Shown: in pieces, positions 10,833 through 19,443 of the stretch
Layout: each line of letters opens with the position of its first letter
Numbering within the stretch: the stretch's first letter is position 1
Virus record (IMG/VR): IMGVR_UViG_3300031420_000003
Span: 32,001 to 96,000 of that record
Reading direction: 5' to 3' (one strand)
Source: a virus
Length of the DNA stretch: 64,000 bases
The notes under the pieces: model-generated
What the model saw: only the letters and a program-made list of their open reading frames with translations
Database searches by the model: none
Told to the model about the DNA's origin: nothing
Program-made: the position numbers and the translations under genes

Positions 10833-11021
10833 TTAGATTTTGCAGCCATCGCAATCTGCTTCATCAGAAATGTCATCCTGATTCTCTTCAGCAGAACGCT
10901 TCTCGGCTACACGCGCTTCTGCGTCGTCCAAACCCGGCAGGTCAAAACCGTCTGCGTCATCCGCAACCATTTTGTTGTGCTCGTCGATAGTGGACTGCAT
11001 TGCGCCTTCTTTCTGGGACAT
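10833..11021 (-). CDS. Small acidic protein ending in DCDGCKI (RNR-alpha C-tail-like)
   Basis: AAGGA RBS; lies between a promoter-like motif (11059-11083) and a terminator. Confidence 0.75.
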   Translation of the reverse strand: MSQKEGAMQSTIDEHNKMVADDADGFDLPGLDDAEARVAEKRSAEENQDDISDEADCDGCKI

Positions 11022-11081
11022 CGTCTTTTCCTTCTTTGGTCAGTATAGAGTGTTTCAGCATAGAACTGCTAACACACGTTT

Positions 11082-11318
11082 TTAATCCGCGTGGTATTTT
11101 GCTTGACAGTGAGGACAATCGAAGGAGTCTTTATTGCGCGCCCACGTTATCCGTTTACCACAGCTCACACAGCGGTAGTTGTCGGGCTTGTACTTGATAT
11201 CCACCCGTGCACCGCACTTGCAGTCGTAGCCGGCGATAGAGACAAAGCCTTCTTTATCGTGCATCACCCGTGGTACGAGTGTGTGCTCGCCACACTTGAA
11301 ACAGAGGTTGTGTTTCAT
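11082..11318 (-). CDS. Double zinc-ribbon protein
   Basis: CFKC, CKC, CVSC and CPHC Cys pairs in 78 aa. Confidence 0.75.
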   Translation of the reverse strand: MKHNLCFKCGEHTLVPRVMHDKEGFVSIAGYDCKCGARVDIKYKPDNYRCVSCGKRITWARNKDSFDCPHCQAKYHAD

Positions 11319-11327
11319 GGCCCACCT

Positions 11328-12335
11328 TTAAATGGCGACCGGCGCTTTAATAGCCGGATGCGATTCGTAACCTTCGATTTCGAAATCGTCGAACTGGTAG
11401 TCGAAGATGGAATCCGGCTTGCGTTTGATTTTCAGACGTGGTAACGGGTGTGGGTCACGGGTAAGCTGCAGCTTCGCCTGTTCCAGATGGTTGGAGTACA
11501 GGTGCGTGTCACCACCAGTCCAGATGAACTCTTCAGCCACCATGTTCACCTGCTGAGCAACCATTTCCGTCAGTAGCGCGTAAGAGGCGATGTTAAACGG
11601 CACGCCTAAGAACACATCGGCGCTACGCTGATACAACTGGCAGGACAGACCGCGGCGGGGAATATCCAACTCATCAAGTTCATCATGTAACTGTTCTTGA
11701 TGCTTCTCGTTGAGGTTCTGATAATACCCGCCTGTCCCCTTCAGGTTGGCAAACTGGCCACGTTCTTCGAGAGTCAACTCACGGGTGTAGAACTGGAAGA
11801 ACGCATGGCAGGGCGCTAAGGCCATGTCGTCGAGTTCGCCGACGTTCCACGCACTGACGACGATGCGACGGTTATCCGGGTCGTTACGCAGCTGGTCAAT
11901 GACTTTAGAAATTTGATCGATGTCCTTAGTAAGGAGCATAGTCGCTTCCCGCCACCCGGCCTCTTCCCAACCGTCAGCTTCCATTTCATCGATGGTTTTG
12001 CGGTTAGAGTGATGCACTTCATCGTGTGCTGTCCAAGACCGCCACTGTTTACCGTAGACCGGGCCTAAGTCACCGTTCTCATCCGCCCACTCATCCCAGA
12101 TAGAGACGTTGTTCTCTTTCAGGTAACCGATGTTGGTATCCCCTTTGAGGAACCACAGCAGTTCGTGAATGATGGAACGCAGATGGCACTTCTTGGTGGT
12201 GACCAGCGGAAAGCCTTCGGTCAGGTCAAAGCGCATCTGACCACCGAACATGGAGAGTGTGCCCGTGCCGGTACGGTCTTTCTTTTCACGACCAAAGTTG
12301 AGTACGGTTTCCATCAGTTGAAGATACTGGCGCAT
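11328..12335 (-). CDS. thyA: Thymidylate synthase
   Basis: [36 protein letters not shown] (catalytic Cys), [18 protein letters not shown]. Confidence 0.97.
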   Translation of the reverse strand: MRQYLQLMETVLNFGREKKDRTGTGTLSMFGGQMRFDLTEGFPLVTTKKCHLRSIIHELLWFLKGDTNIGYLKENNVSIWDEWADENGDLGPVYGKQWRSWTAHDEVHHSNRKTIDEMEADGWEEAGWREATMLLTKDIDQISKVIDQLRNDPDNRRIVVSAWNVGELDDMALAPCHAFFQFYTRELTLEERGQFANLKGTGGYYQNLNEKHQEQLHDELDELDIPRRGLSCQLYQRSADVFLGVPFNIASYALLTEMVAQQVNMVAEEFIWTGGDTHLYSNHLEQAKLQLTRDPHPLPRLKIKRKPDSIFDYQFDDFEIEGYESHPAIKAPVAI

Positions 12336-12910
12336 TATTTGTTTCCTGTCACGGTTTTGACAAACTGACCGAGTTCGTTCATGACGCCCTCAGTCGCTTC
12401 AAGTTTATTCACCGCATTCAAAATGCTGCGGGTCACGACGATGTCTTTCGCGGTGGCAATCGATAACAGTAAGGCTAACGCTTCGGCAAGCTTGGAATAG
12501 AACACGATGTCCTGACGCTGCTTCTCCTGCTCGTTTTCCAGCAGGGCATCAAACAACTGCGTAATCGCTTTGTTGTGCTCAAACAGAATCGTGTTGTAGT
12601 CGTTGCCGAATTTCATCCCCGGTGGAATGTTGTTCAGAGCAGAGTGCAGCACGACCTCTGTAACGGCTTCTACGGGGATGTCCGTTTTACGGGAGTAGAA
12701 CCCGAGAACACCGATAAAAGTCGTCACAGCCTGTCCCACGCCCGCTGAGACCAGAAGACTGTCCATCTTCTGCACACCTTCTGCAACCATGCCCAACATG
12801 CGGTAATATTTGGTGATTTGCTGACGGATGTTACCAAACTGATACACCAGTGCCCGGTCATTCCACTGTTCGACTTGACGGACAACTGCAATTGGATCGA
12901 AATCGGCCAT
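12335..12910 (-). CDS. Degenerate MazG-like paralog lacking catalytic acidic residues
   Basis: Gap-free alignment to the 9348-10751 core ([18 protein letters not shown]...AGVGQ; GQFVK). TAATG coupling with neighbours on both sides. Confidence 0.7.
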   Translation of the reverse strand: MADFDPIAVVRQVEQWNDRALVYQFGNIRQQITKYYRMLGMVAEGVQKMDSLLVSAGVGQAVTTFIGVLGFYSRKTDIPVEAVTEVVLHSALNNIPPGMKFGNDYNTILFEHNKAITQLFDALLENEQEKQRQDIVFYSKLAEALALLLSIATAKDIVVTRSILNAVNKLEATEGVMNELGQFVKTVTGNK

Positions 12911-13311
12911 TAGATACCCCAAATGACGTTAAAGCCCAACATCTCTTCACGGTCGCTGAAATAGCTGACCAGCACGATAGAGTTCGGCTTGAAAGTGGAC
13001 GGCGGATGTCCCTGTGCGACGTGCTTACCGGACAGGGTGCGTAAAATCCCCAATTGACGATAGGCGAACATGCCGCTTGTGAAGTCAGCGTTCTGCAAGA
13101 GCGCGGCAGCGGTGTCGGTTCCAATGCGGAAGCAACCCCCTTTGGCAATGGCGTCCAGCGAGTTGTTCAGTGACAGCTCGTTGGTGATGGTCATGTTAAA
13201 CCCTTTAGCCAGTGCAAAAGCTGTGTCTTTCCAATGGCCGTTCTTCGAGCCCGGAATCAATACGCCGTTAATAAAAGCGCCTTCGTCTTCTTTAAATTCA
13301 ATCGTGTTCAT
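12910..13311 (-). CDS. Hypothetical protein, paralog family A
   Basis: Start moved to MNTIEF (GGA RBS); motifs EDEGAFING and AAALLQNADF. Confidence 0.7.
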   Translation of the reverse strand: MNTIEFKEDEGAFINGVLIPGSKNGHWKDTAFALAKGFNMTITNELSLNNSLDAIAKGGCFRIGTDTAAALLQNADFTSGMFAYRQLGILRTLSGKHVAQGHPPSTFKPNSIVLVSYFSDREEMLGFNVIWGI

Positions 13312-13344
13312 TATAAAGTCCGTTCTTAAAATGGGGGATTTCGA

Positions 13345-13370
13345 CATAACAGGAGACTCATTTGTAAAAA
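13345..13370 (-). promoter_or_regulatory. Phage middle/late-type promoter TTTTTAC-N15-TATG
   Basis: Same spacing recurs at about 8 intergenic sites. Confidence 0.6.
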
Positions 13371-13407
13371 TAAAAAAAAGAAGGCCACCCAAAGGCAGCC
13401 TGTCTTT

Positions 13408-13713
13408 TTACTCGATAACGGTAAGCTGGGATTTTTCATCCCCGTGCTCAGCCAGAAACATCCCGAGGGCGTTGGCCAACAGGGTAGTGCAGACCCGCGG
13501 TACCCGGTCTTTGGCAATGTAGACCATGACCCGCAATGCGCTGCGGTCGGGTAACATAAACACCGCATGGTGTTGACGCGCACAGTGCAGTTCACACTGC
13601 AGCTCTTTATGCCAGCCTTGCCATCCGTCATCGATTTCGACGAAGACGTTTTTACGCGTAACTGGACATACCACCTCAATGCCGTTCGTTGTTGCATGGA
13701 CTTCGACTTTCAT
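13408..13713 (-). CDS. Hypothetical protein
   Basis: AGGA RBS; fills the space between two hairpins. Confidence 0.7.
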   Translation of the reverse strand: MKVEVHATTNGIEVVCPVTRKNVFVEIDDGWQGWHKELQCELHCARQHHAVFMLPDRSALRVMVYIAKDRVPRVCTTLLANALGMFLAEHGDEKSQLTVIE

Positions 13714-13732
13714 GATTAATTCCTGGTGTGAA

Positions 13733-13767
13733 TAAAATAAAAGGATTCCCCTACCGAAGTAGGGGAA
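13733..13767 (-). terminator. Intrinsic terminator (UUCG loop)
   Basis: TTCCCCTAC-TTCG-GTAGGGGAA then a T-rich tract on the minus strand. Confidence 0.8.
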
Positions 13768-13772
13768 CTATC

Positions 13773-14435
13773 TTAAAGCCGGGTTTCGTTATCCCAGTAG
13801 TTACGCAGGAACTCCTGCATATCGGGCGAACTCGGCTTGGACGGTACAGCTTCGGCAATCGCAAACGGGATAACGTCTGCAATGCTTTCCATCTCAAACC
13901 GCTCAACTTCGAGTTCAACTTTTACCCAGTCACCAAACGAGGTGCCCTGTGCCACTGTGTCAAACAGCGCTTTCAGTGCGTCCACGTCGGGGATGTCAGG
14001 ATGGCCTTGACTCACATAGAAGACATCAATGTCCCAATGTTTGCCACCGCTCGCTTTGACCTCATCAGTTGGATCAATTGTCACGCGTTTCACGAGATGC
14101 GTTAAGTAATCATCCCCGTAAAACGACAGGGCGCTTTTCATCCCGATGTCAGAGTTCTCTTCTTCACGCTCTTGGCCTTGGAAGGTCTTCACCGTCAGTT
14201 CCGCTTTATCCGCATGGATACGCGCACGACGACGACCGCCTAACATCGGCATCATCACGTCAAGATGATACTCCCCTTGTTGCGCTTGCAGCCACGCCCA
14301 ACCTTCTTCCGTTGGACGCACCCACATGCAATACTCCCGCTCTTTTTCCACAGAGATGGATTCGCGTGCGACTCTGAGAACACCGTCCTCTTTCTCGCGA
14401 TCCATCTGCTGAAGGATATTACCCAATCGGCTCAT
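13773..14435 (-). CDS. CYTH/triphosphate-tunnel-like protein
   Basis: EKEREY (ExE), RARI, LTVK, REEEN, KRV, WDIDVF and VELEV follow the CYTH motif order. Confidence 0.65.
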   Translation of the reverse strand: MSRLGNILQQMDREKEDGVLRVARESISVEKEREYCMWVRPTEEGWAWLQAQQGEYHLDVMMPMLGGRRRARIHADKAELTVKTFQGQEREEENSDIGMKSALSFYGDDYLTHLVKRVTIDPTDEVKASGGKHWDIDVFYVSQGHPDIPDVDALKALFDTVAQGTSFGDWVKVELEVERFEMESIADVIPFAIAEAVPSKPSSPDMQEFLRNYWDNETRL

Positions 14436-15459
14436 ATTCGCTCAGTACCTTCTGCTGTAAAGCCGCCACGTCAAAGTCGTTATCGAACGGGTCGATATTC
14501 TCCCCTAACCACTGGCAGATGTTTGGCAACCATTCTGCAAACGCCGGCGTTTTAGGGCCGTCGTGTTTCACATAATAGTGCAGCAGAGGCACATGGGCTT
14601 GCACGAGTTCAGCAACCCGCACACCACACGGTGTCCCGTCGTCCATTCTGACTTGGTGGAACTTGCCCGCCATCGCCCAAACAAAGCACCGTTCAATGTG
14701 CAGTGAGAAGGCTCCCGGTTTATACGCCGTGCCGCCGTACACATCGGACTTCATCTTACGCCCGTAGGCAATCGCCTCCAGTCCGTCCATGTGAATCAGA
14801 CGCTGGATGGCCGGGTAGCGACGAATCAACACGTCCAACAGGTACAGGTCGCTTTCCACGCTGTACTCAAGGTCGTGTTGCGTGTAGGCGTAGTCAATCA
14901 ACCGCAGGACGTGGTAATAGCCTTCGAGGGTGGCGAAGTCCCCGTGCAGGGTTCTAAACGGTTGGTCGTCACGCCAGAAGTTACTGATTCTACGGCCCAG
15001 CACCACCCGACTGCGGGAATAGATGTTGAGATGATTCACCCCATCCATTGCAACCGTAATCTCTTGGTTCTTTGGCACGCCTCCGATGTTACGCAGATAA
15101 CGAACAAAGTCATCGCGTTCTTCACCGATGAGATCCAGACGTAAGTCGCCCGGGTATTTCATGACATCATAACGGTGTGCAGCTTCCGGCCCTAAAGAGA
15201 AGCCGTAGCGGTTTGCCATTGCAATACCAAAACGTACATCGTTCGCACCAATCAGGTACGCCCCAACACGTTCAGCCAAATGCAGGTGGGTCTCAAACAC
15301 CGCTGGATTCACACCACAGAGCTGGTCGTGGTACAACCGCTTCAGCATCCGTGGTACGCTATCGTCCCCAGTGAGATTCTGCATGGCACTTATCTCAAGG
15401 ATAAGGTCGCGCAAGATTTCTTTTGCCTGAGGGTCGTCGAAGTCTACAGGTTTGGTCAT
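14419..15459 (-). CDS. NADAR-domain protein with N-terminal extension
   Basis: ISNFW...PF...GDFATLEGYYH and AIAYGR match NADAR/YbiA/T4 gp30.3-type motifs. Confidence 0.6.
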   Translation of the reverse strand: MTKPVDFDDPQAKEILRDLILEISAMQNLTGDDSVPRMLKRLYHDQLCGVNPAVFETHLHLAERVGAYLIGANDVRFGIAMANRYGFSLGPEAAHRYDVMKYPGDLRLDLIGEERDDFVRYLRNIGGVPKNQEITVAMDGVNHLNIYSRSRVVLGRRISNFWRDDQPFRTLHGDFATLEGYYHVLRLIDYAYTQHDLEYSVESDLYLLDVLIRRYPAIQRLIHMDGLEAIAYGRKMKSDVYGGTAYKPGAFSLHIERCFVWAMAGKFHQVRMDDGTPCGVRVAELVQAHVPLLHYYVKHDGPKTPAFAEWLPNICQWLGENIDPFDNDFDVAALQQKVLSEYEPIG

Positions 15460-15468
15460 CTACGTATC

Positions 15469-16830
15469 CTAGGTAACGGGGAAGAACTGGTTCACTAACG
15501 TGTCGGCGCGTTGATAACTGAGGTCACCGGCAGCACACACAAACGGACGCTTCTCAGTCGTTAACAAAGACTGAATCGCATTCACGTTACAGAAGGTGTA
15601 CGGGTAAAGCTCAATCTCATCCGTTTGGCCAACTACATCAGATTTATCCCAGCGGCTATCCAACGCAGTGAATAGGGACAGTAACCGCGCACCGTAATCC
15701 TTAAACGGCGGGTTGGTTTCTGTCTGTAGATTCATCAGTAAGTTCACAATCACCTCTGCCGAGATTAACGCCTTGTCACTCTCGGTGAGTTTGGTGAGGT
15801 AGAACTCCACGGACTTCAGGCTACCCAATGCTGATGCTTGCACCGTAAGCTCACGGTACATCTGCGCTTGAACAACCGGGTCAACAATGGACTCCACCAA
15901 CGGGGTGATCTTCTGCGGTAGGTCGTAGGTTGCCAACTTACTGGACAGACCGTAAACCAACGCCGAGGTGGTACCCACATCCATGACGCGGTACTCATCC
16001 CCGTAACTGCCCTCGTTACCCGGACTGCGAAAACTGCTGATGAAGTTATTGATGGAGAGGTAGTCATCCAAATCCTTGTAGGAGTTGAACGTCTGCTTGG
16101 CCCCATCGACAACCGACTGCACCTGATACTTGGCCTGATTGAAGTCACTTACGTAGCCGTTAATCTCTTGTTGCACTTCGCCCGGCAGGCGAGAGATTTG
16201 ACCGGCCATGTCCATGGTTTGTTCAATGCGGGATTTCACCGACGCGTAGTCAGTGCCTACGGCCGCCAGACCTTTATCACGCAAAGAGGTGAGGGTGCTG
16301 AAGCCTTCGCCAAGCAAGCCGGATATCTTGCTCGGTTTAAGGTAATCCAAAGCACTCTTCGCCTGGCTATTCGCCGCCTCAAACGGTTTTTCGACTTCAC
16401 GCTTTAACGGGTCAATGCTTGGGAGGACTTTCTTAGGGTCAGTAGCCAGTCCGGGTATTTTATTACCGGGAGATGCACCACTGGCTCCAGACCCGGCGGT
16501 CTTAGTCCCGCCAGTGCTAGCGATGTCCCCACCGCCAAAGAGATTGCCGATTTTTGACCCAAGCGATGATGCTCCACCCTTAAGTTTATCGACTGTCGCC
16601 CCTGCTTTGTTGAACGTTTCGCCTGCTTTGTCATAGAGACCTGTCGCTGTATCCACCGCGTTCTTCACGCCACGCTCGGCGCTGTCCACGGTATTGGTGA
16701 CGCGGGAGACCGCTTGCTGAGCACCCTGTTGGACGCGGTCCACAGTGTTACCCACCTGATTGACACGATCGGTCGCTGCGGACTGCACCTTGGTGATGCG
16801 TCCCGTTAAACTCGAATCACTCGGGTTCAT
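15469..16830 (-). CDS. Probable virion structural protein with low-complexity helical N-terminus
   Basis: Start at MNPSD (CAGGAG RBS); N-terminal amphipathic quasi-repeats. Confidence 0.6.
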   Translation of the reverse strand: MNPSDSSLTGRITKVQSAATDRVNQVGNTVDRVQQGAQQAVSRVTNTVDSAERGVKNAVDTATGLYDKAGETFNKAGATVDKLKGGASSLGSKIGNLFGGGDIASTGGTKTAGSGASGASPGNKIPGLATDPKKVLPSIDPLKREVEKPFEAANSQAKSALDYLKPSKISGLLGEGFSTLTSLRDKGLAAVGTDYASVKSRIEQTMDMAGQISRLPGEVQQEINGYVSDFNQAKYQVQSVVDGAKQTFNSYKDLDDYLSINNFISSFRSPGNEGSYGDEYRVMDVGTTSALVYGLSSKLATYDLPQKITPLVESIVDPVVQAQMYRELTVQASALGSLKSVEFYLTKLTESDKALISAEVIVNLLMNLQTETNPPFKDYGARLLSLFTALDSRWDKSDVVGQTDEIELYPYTFCNVNAIQSLLTTEKRPFVCAAGDLSYQRADTLVNQFFPVT

Positions 16831-17644
16831 TCTTATTACTCCTGAAAGACAATGTGGTGATGTCAACCTCGAAGTAAACCTCGACATCCGGTTGTCCCGG
16901 AACGTGAGTTAAGAATGTGCATTCGAACTTCCGCACATCGATAGCTTTCAGCGCTTCTAAGAAACGTTTCCAGCTGAGCTTCTTGGTGTGGCGAATAGAC
17001 TGTTGCAGGTTATGTCGCCGGTCACTACGACGGCTGGTAATCTGTGGACAGTTCTGTGGGTTGTTCACGTACTTGGCAACCAGTTGTCGCCACTGCGACT
17101 CCGTTATCCCGTACGCCGCAAACAACGACCACAACACCTTTAACAGAATATGCTCCATGACCTGCTCAGCAGTCTGTTGCGTGTTCTGAAAGTAAAGGTT
17201 CAACGCATCAGAAGCACTGCCACGCAAGTCCTCATCATCTTCACCGTTCAGGGTGCGTAATAAGTCACGTTGCGGATGACAATAGCCCTTAGCCATACGG
17301 TGGTCTTCAAAGCGCCCTCGGTAAGTTTTGATGGACATGGTCAACGTCTCCACATTCACCAACACCAACCCTTCGATAAATCGCTTCCACGTAAAGTCCA
17401 CACTGAGCCCTTTGACGTTACCGCCCGACAAGGCATTCGCCAGTCGACCTAAACGTTCACGAGGTTCTGCTGTGGACTTCCCAACGTACTGGGGATTCTC
17501 GACGTACTGCTGCGCGAGTATCTTCCAGTCCGAGTGGGAGATTGGCATAAGGTTAACAAGCTTCCAGTAAGCCGACCGGAGTTCAACACCTGCTGGGGTA
17601 TCCTCTGGTGGCCCGTTAAGGATGAAGTCTGATATCTTTCCCAT
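16817..17644 (-). CDS. Hypothetical protein with a tandem internal domain duplication
   Basis: Two copies of W..L...YV.NPQ...R...L......WKRF.E.L. Confidence 0.75.
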   Translation of the reverse strand: MGKISDFILNGPPEDTPAGVELRSAYWKLVNLMPISHSDWKILAQQYVENPQYVGKSTAEPRERLGRLANALSGGNVKGLSVDFTWKRFIEGLVLVNVETLTMSIKTYRGRFEDHRMAKGYCHPQRDLLRTLNGEDDEDLRGSASDALNLYFQNTQQTAEQVMEHILLKVLWSLFAAYGITESQWRQLVAKYVNNPQNCPQITSRRSDRRHNLQQSIRHTKKLSWKRFLEALKAIDVRKFECTFLTHVPGQPDVEVYFEVDITTLSFRSNKNEPE

Positions 17645-17678
17645 TTTACACCTTGTTCCAAGGAGCGGATGGATTAAG

Positions 17679-18203
17679 TTAGAGATAGTGTTCCACTATG
17701 GTTTCTAACTCGCGCAGGATGTGTGCTGTTTGGTTTAAGAACACATCCCGTTCTGGGCTGTCACTTTCATTCTCTTTGAACGACGTGAACACTGCCCACG
17801 CCCGAACGAGCTTTCCGCGCACCACGTCTTCACGTGAGGTCTGGAAATAATCGTCAAGCCATTTCTGTTCGTCGGTGTCTAATTTCTTAGACAGGGTCGA
17901 CGGTAACACAGACCATTCCGGGTAATTCCCCGGGGAGGCCAACACACGGTTATACTCCATGAACAAGAACTCAAGACGAGCGATGAGGATATCCATGGTT
18001 TGAGTACGCATGGCGATCGTTCCCTGCAACGACAGCGGCAGGTAGTTTTCACTATTATACTCAAGCGGTGCTGTAAGCAATTCTAAGCCTACGAGCACAC
18101 GGTTCAGCCTGTTAGGGGTATTCTTATGGTACTCGGCCTCTAACATGCTTCTGCGGCGTTTAAATGCCTTTGATTTAATAACACGCGAAAGCCAGTTTAA
18201 CAT
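17679..18203 (-). CDS. Hypothetical protein
   Basis: AGGA RBS; downstream of the early-type promoter motif at 18253-18266. Confidence 0.7.
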   Translation of the reverse strand: MLNWLSRVIKSKAFKRRRSMLEAEYHKNTPNRLNRVLVGLELLTAPLEYNSENYLPLSLQGTIAMRTQTMDILIARLEFLFMEYNRVLASPGNYPEWSVLPSTLSKKLDTDEQKWLDDYFQTSREDVVRGKLVRAWAVFTSFKENESDSPERDVFLNQTAHILRELETIVEHYL

Positions 18204-18252
18204 GGTCGATTTTCCTAAAACATAATTACCTCAGTGTGATATATCTCACTTT

Positions 18253-18266
18253 GATAACATCTATCT
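18253..18266 (-). promoter_or_regulatory. Early-type phage promoter AGATAGATGTTATC
   Basis: One of five near-identical intergenic copies. Confidence 0.6.
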
Positions 18267-18290
18267 GAAACCTGATTGAAGAGGTACGCG

Positions 18291-18764
18291 ATGAGCGGAG
18301 AAGAAATTCCAGCCGAGGTGATTGTCGGCTTTAATGGTGACATTACTAACGAGGACGATGCGCTCCGCTTTACACAACTGGCGCGTATGTTTGCGTTAAA
18401 TCAGGTGTTGGGCATCAAGGACATGGGCACCGACCCTAAAGCCGTCTCGTCACTGGCGAAACTTGCCGACGGCATGGATAAACAAATCCTGACCCTGCGT
18501 CGTATCGCTACGGCACAGAAGGCAAATGAAATCAGCAGCGATGTGGCAAACACCCTGAACCAATGGGTGACTGGCAAGGCGGGTGCAAAAATACAGCGCC
18601 ACGACGCCCCCAGTAGCGACACCGGTTACCGACCCGTCATTCCCGTGTTACCCAGTAAGGTACACAAAGAAGGGGAACTGGCACCGGTGGGCACACAAGT
18701 GGACGTCGAAGCTATCATGCGGACGGCGTTTTCTCAGCGTCCGATTGATGAGGACGACGACTAA
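18291..18764 (+). CDS. Hypothetical protein
   Basis: GAGGT RBS before ATG at 18291. Confidence 0.7.
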   Translation: MSGEEIPAEVIVGFNGDITNEDDALRFTQLARMFALNQVLGIKDMGTDPKAVSSLAKLADGMDKQILTLRRIATAQKANEISSDVANTLNQWVTGKAGAKIQRHDAPSSDTGYRPVIPVLPSKVHKEGELAPVGTQVDVEAIMRTAFSQRPIDEDDD

Positions 18765-19443
18765 ACAGCGCTGTATCAAATACGTCTAACGTGACGTATT
18801 CCGCCATAAACCGGGTCGACTCCACAAAGGGGTTGGCTCGGTCTTTTTTTATTGTTGCCACCGTCTCTTCGGTGAGCTCATCGGTTAAGAGGCTCGGACG
18901 GTTAATCACGAAATCAGGAATACGCGTTTTGTTAAAGTGGTTGACGTTTTGTCGAATCCACAAAAACCAATCGTAGGTATACCACGCATCCCATGCGGCA
19001 CGTAAGCGTCCCGGTGTGAGGTAGGTATAGCTTTCACACACGACATTCACCTTGACGTTGTCAAAGAAACGACGGAACATCTCCAAGAAAGTCTGACGTT
19101 CTTGCTCGGTTAAGTCCGTGTACGGCCAAAGGTTAATCGTGAGTTCTGGTTTTTCAATCGGCGAGGAGAGCGCAATGGTCAACAGCTCCTGCTCGATATA
19201 CCCCTTCATTACTTGTAGCAACGGGGTGGGCTCTGCATTCATCAAAGCCAGTTTTGTGCGTGACCGATAAGAACGTGGCCAGTCTTCAATACCAATAACC
19301 GCCGCCCATGCTTCCGTAAAACGTTTCACGTAAGCTTGCTCATCCAAGAGCGCGAGCTTTTCAGGCTGAGTGGCCTTGACATGTCCCAGTCGTGTATCAA
19401 AGAACACATCAATGTCCGCTAAGATGCGGCGAGTTAATTTCAT
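18715..19443 (-). CDS. Conserved jumbo-phage protein, HAD-like N-terminus
   Basis: ILADIDVFFDTR (DxD); ATGA overlap with the RNAP gene. Confidence 0.6.
   Translation of the reverse strand: MKLTRRILADIDVFFDTRLGHVKATQPEKLALLDEQAYVKRFTEAWAAVIGIEDWPRSYRSRTKLALMNAEPTPLLQVMKGYIEQELLTIALSSPIEKPELTINLWPYTDLTEQERQTFLEMFRRFFDNVKVNVVCESYTYLTPGRLRAAWDAWYTYDWFLWIRQNVNHFNKTRIPDFVINRPSLLTDELTEETVATIKKDRANPFVESTRFMAEYVTLDVFDTALFSRRPHQSDAEKTPSA

Noticed and set aside
11328-12335. Possible intron or intein in thyA
   Set aside because: The frame is continuous; the insertions are short and lack intein termini or a homing endonuclease
16560-16800. Quasi-repeats in the N-terminus of 15469-16830
   Set aside because: Protein-level amphipathic periodicity only; no DNA repeat array
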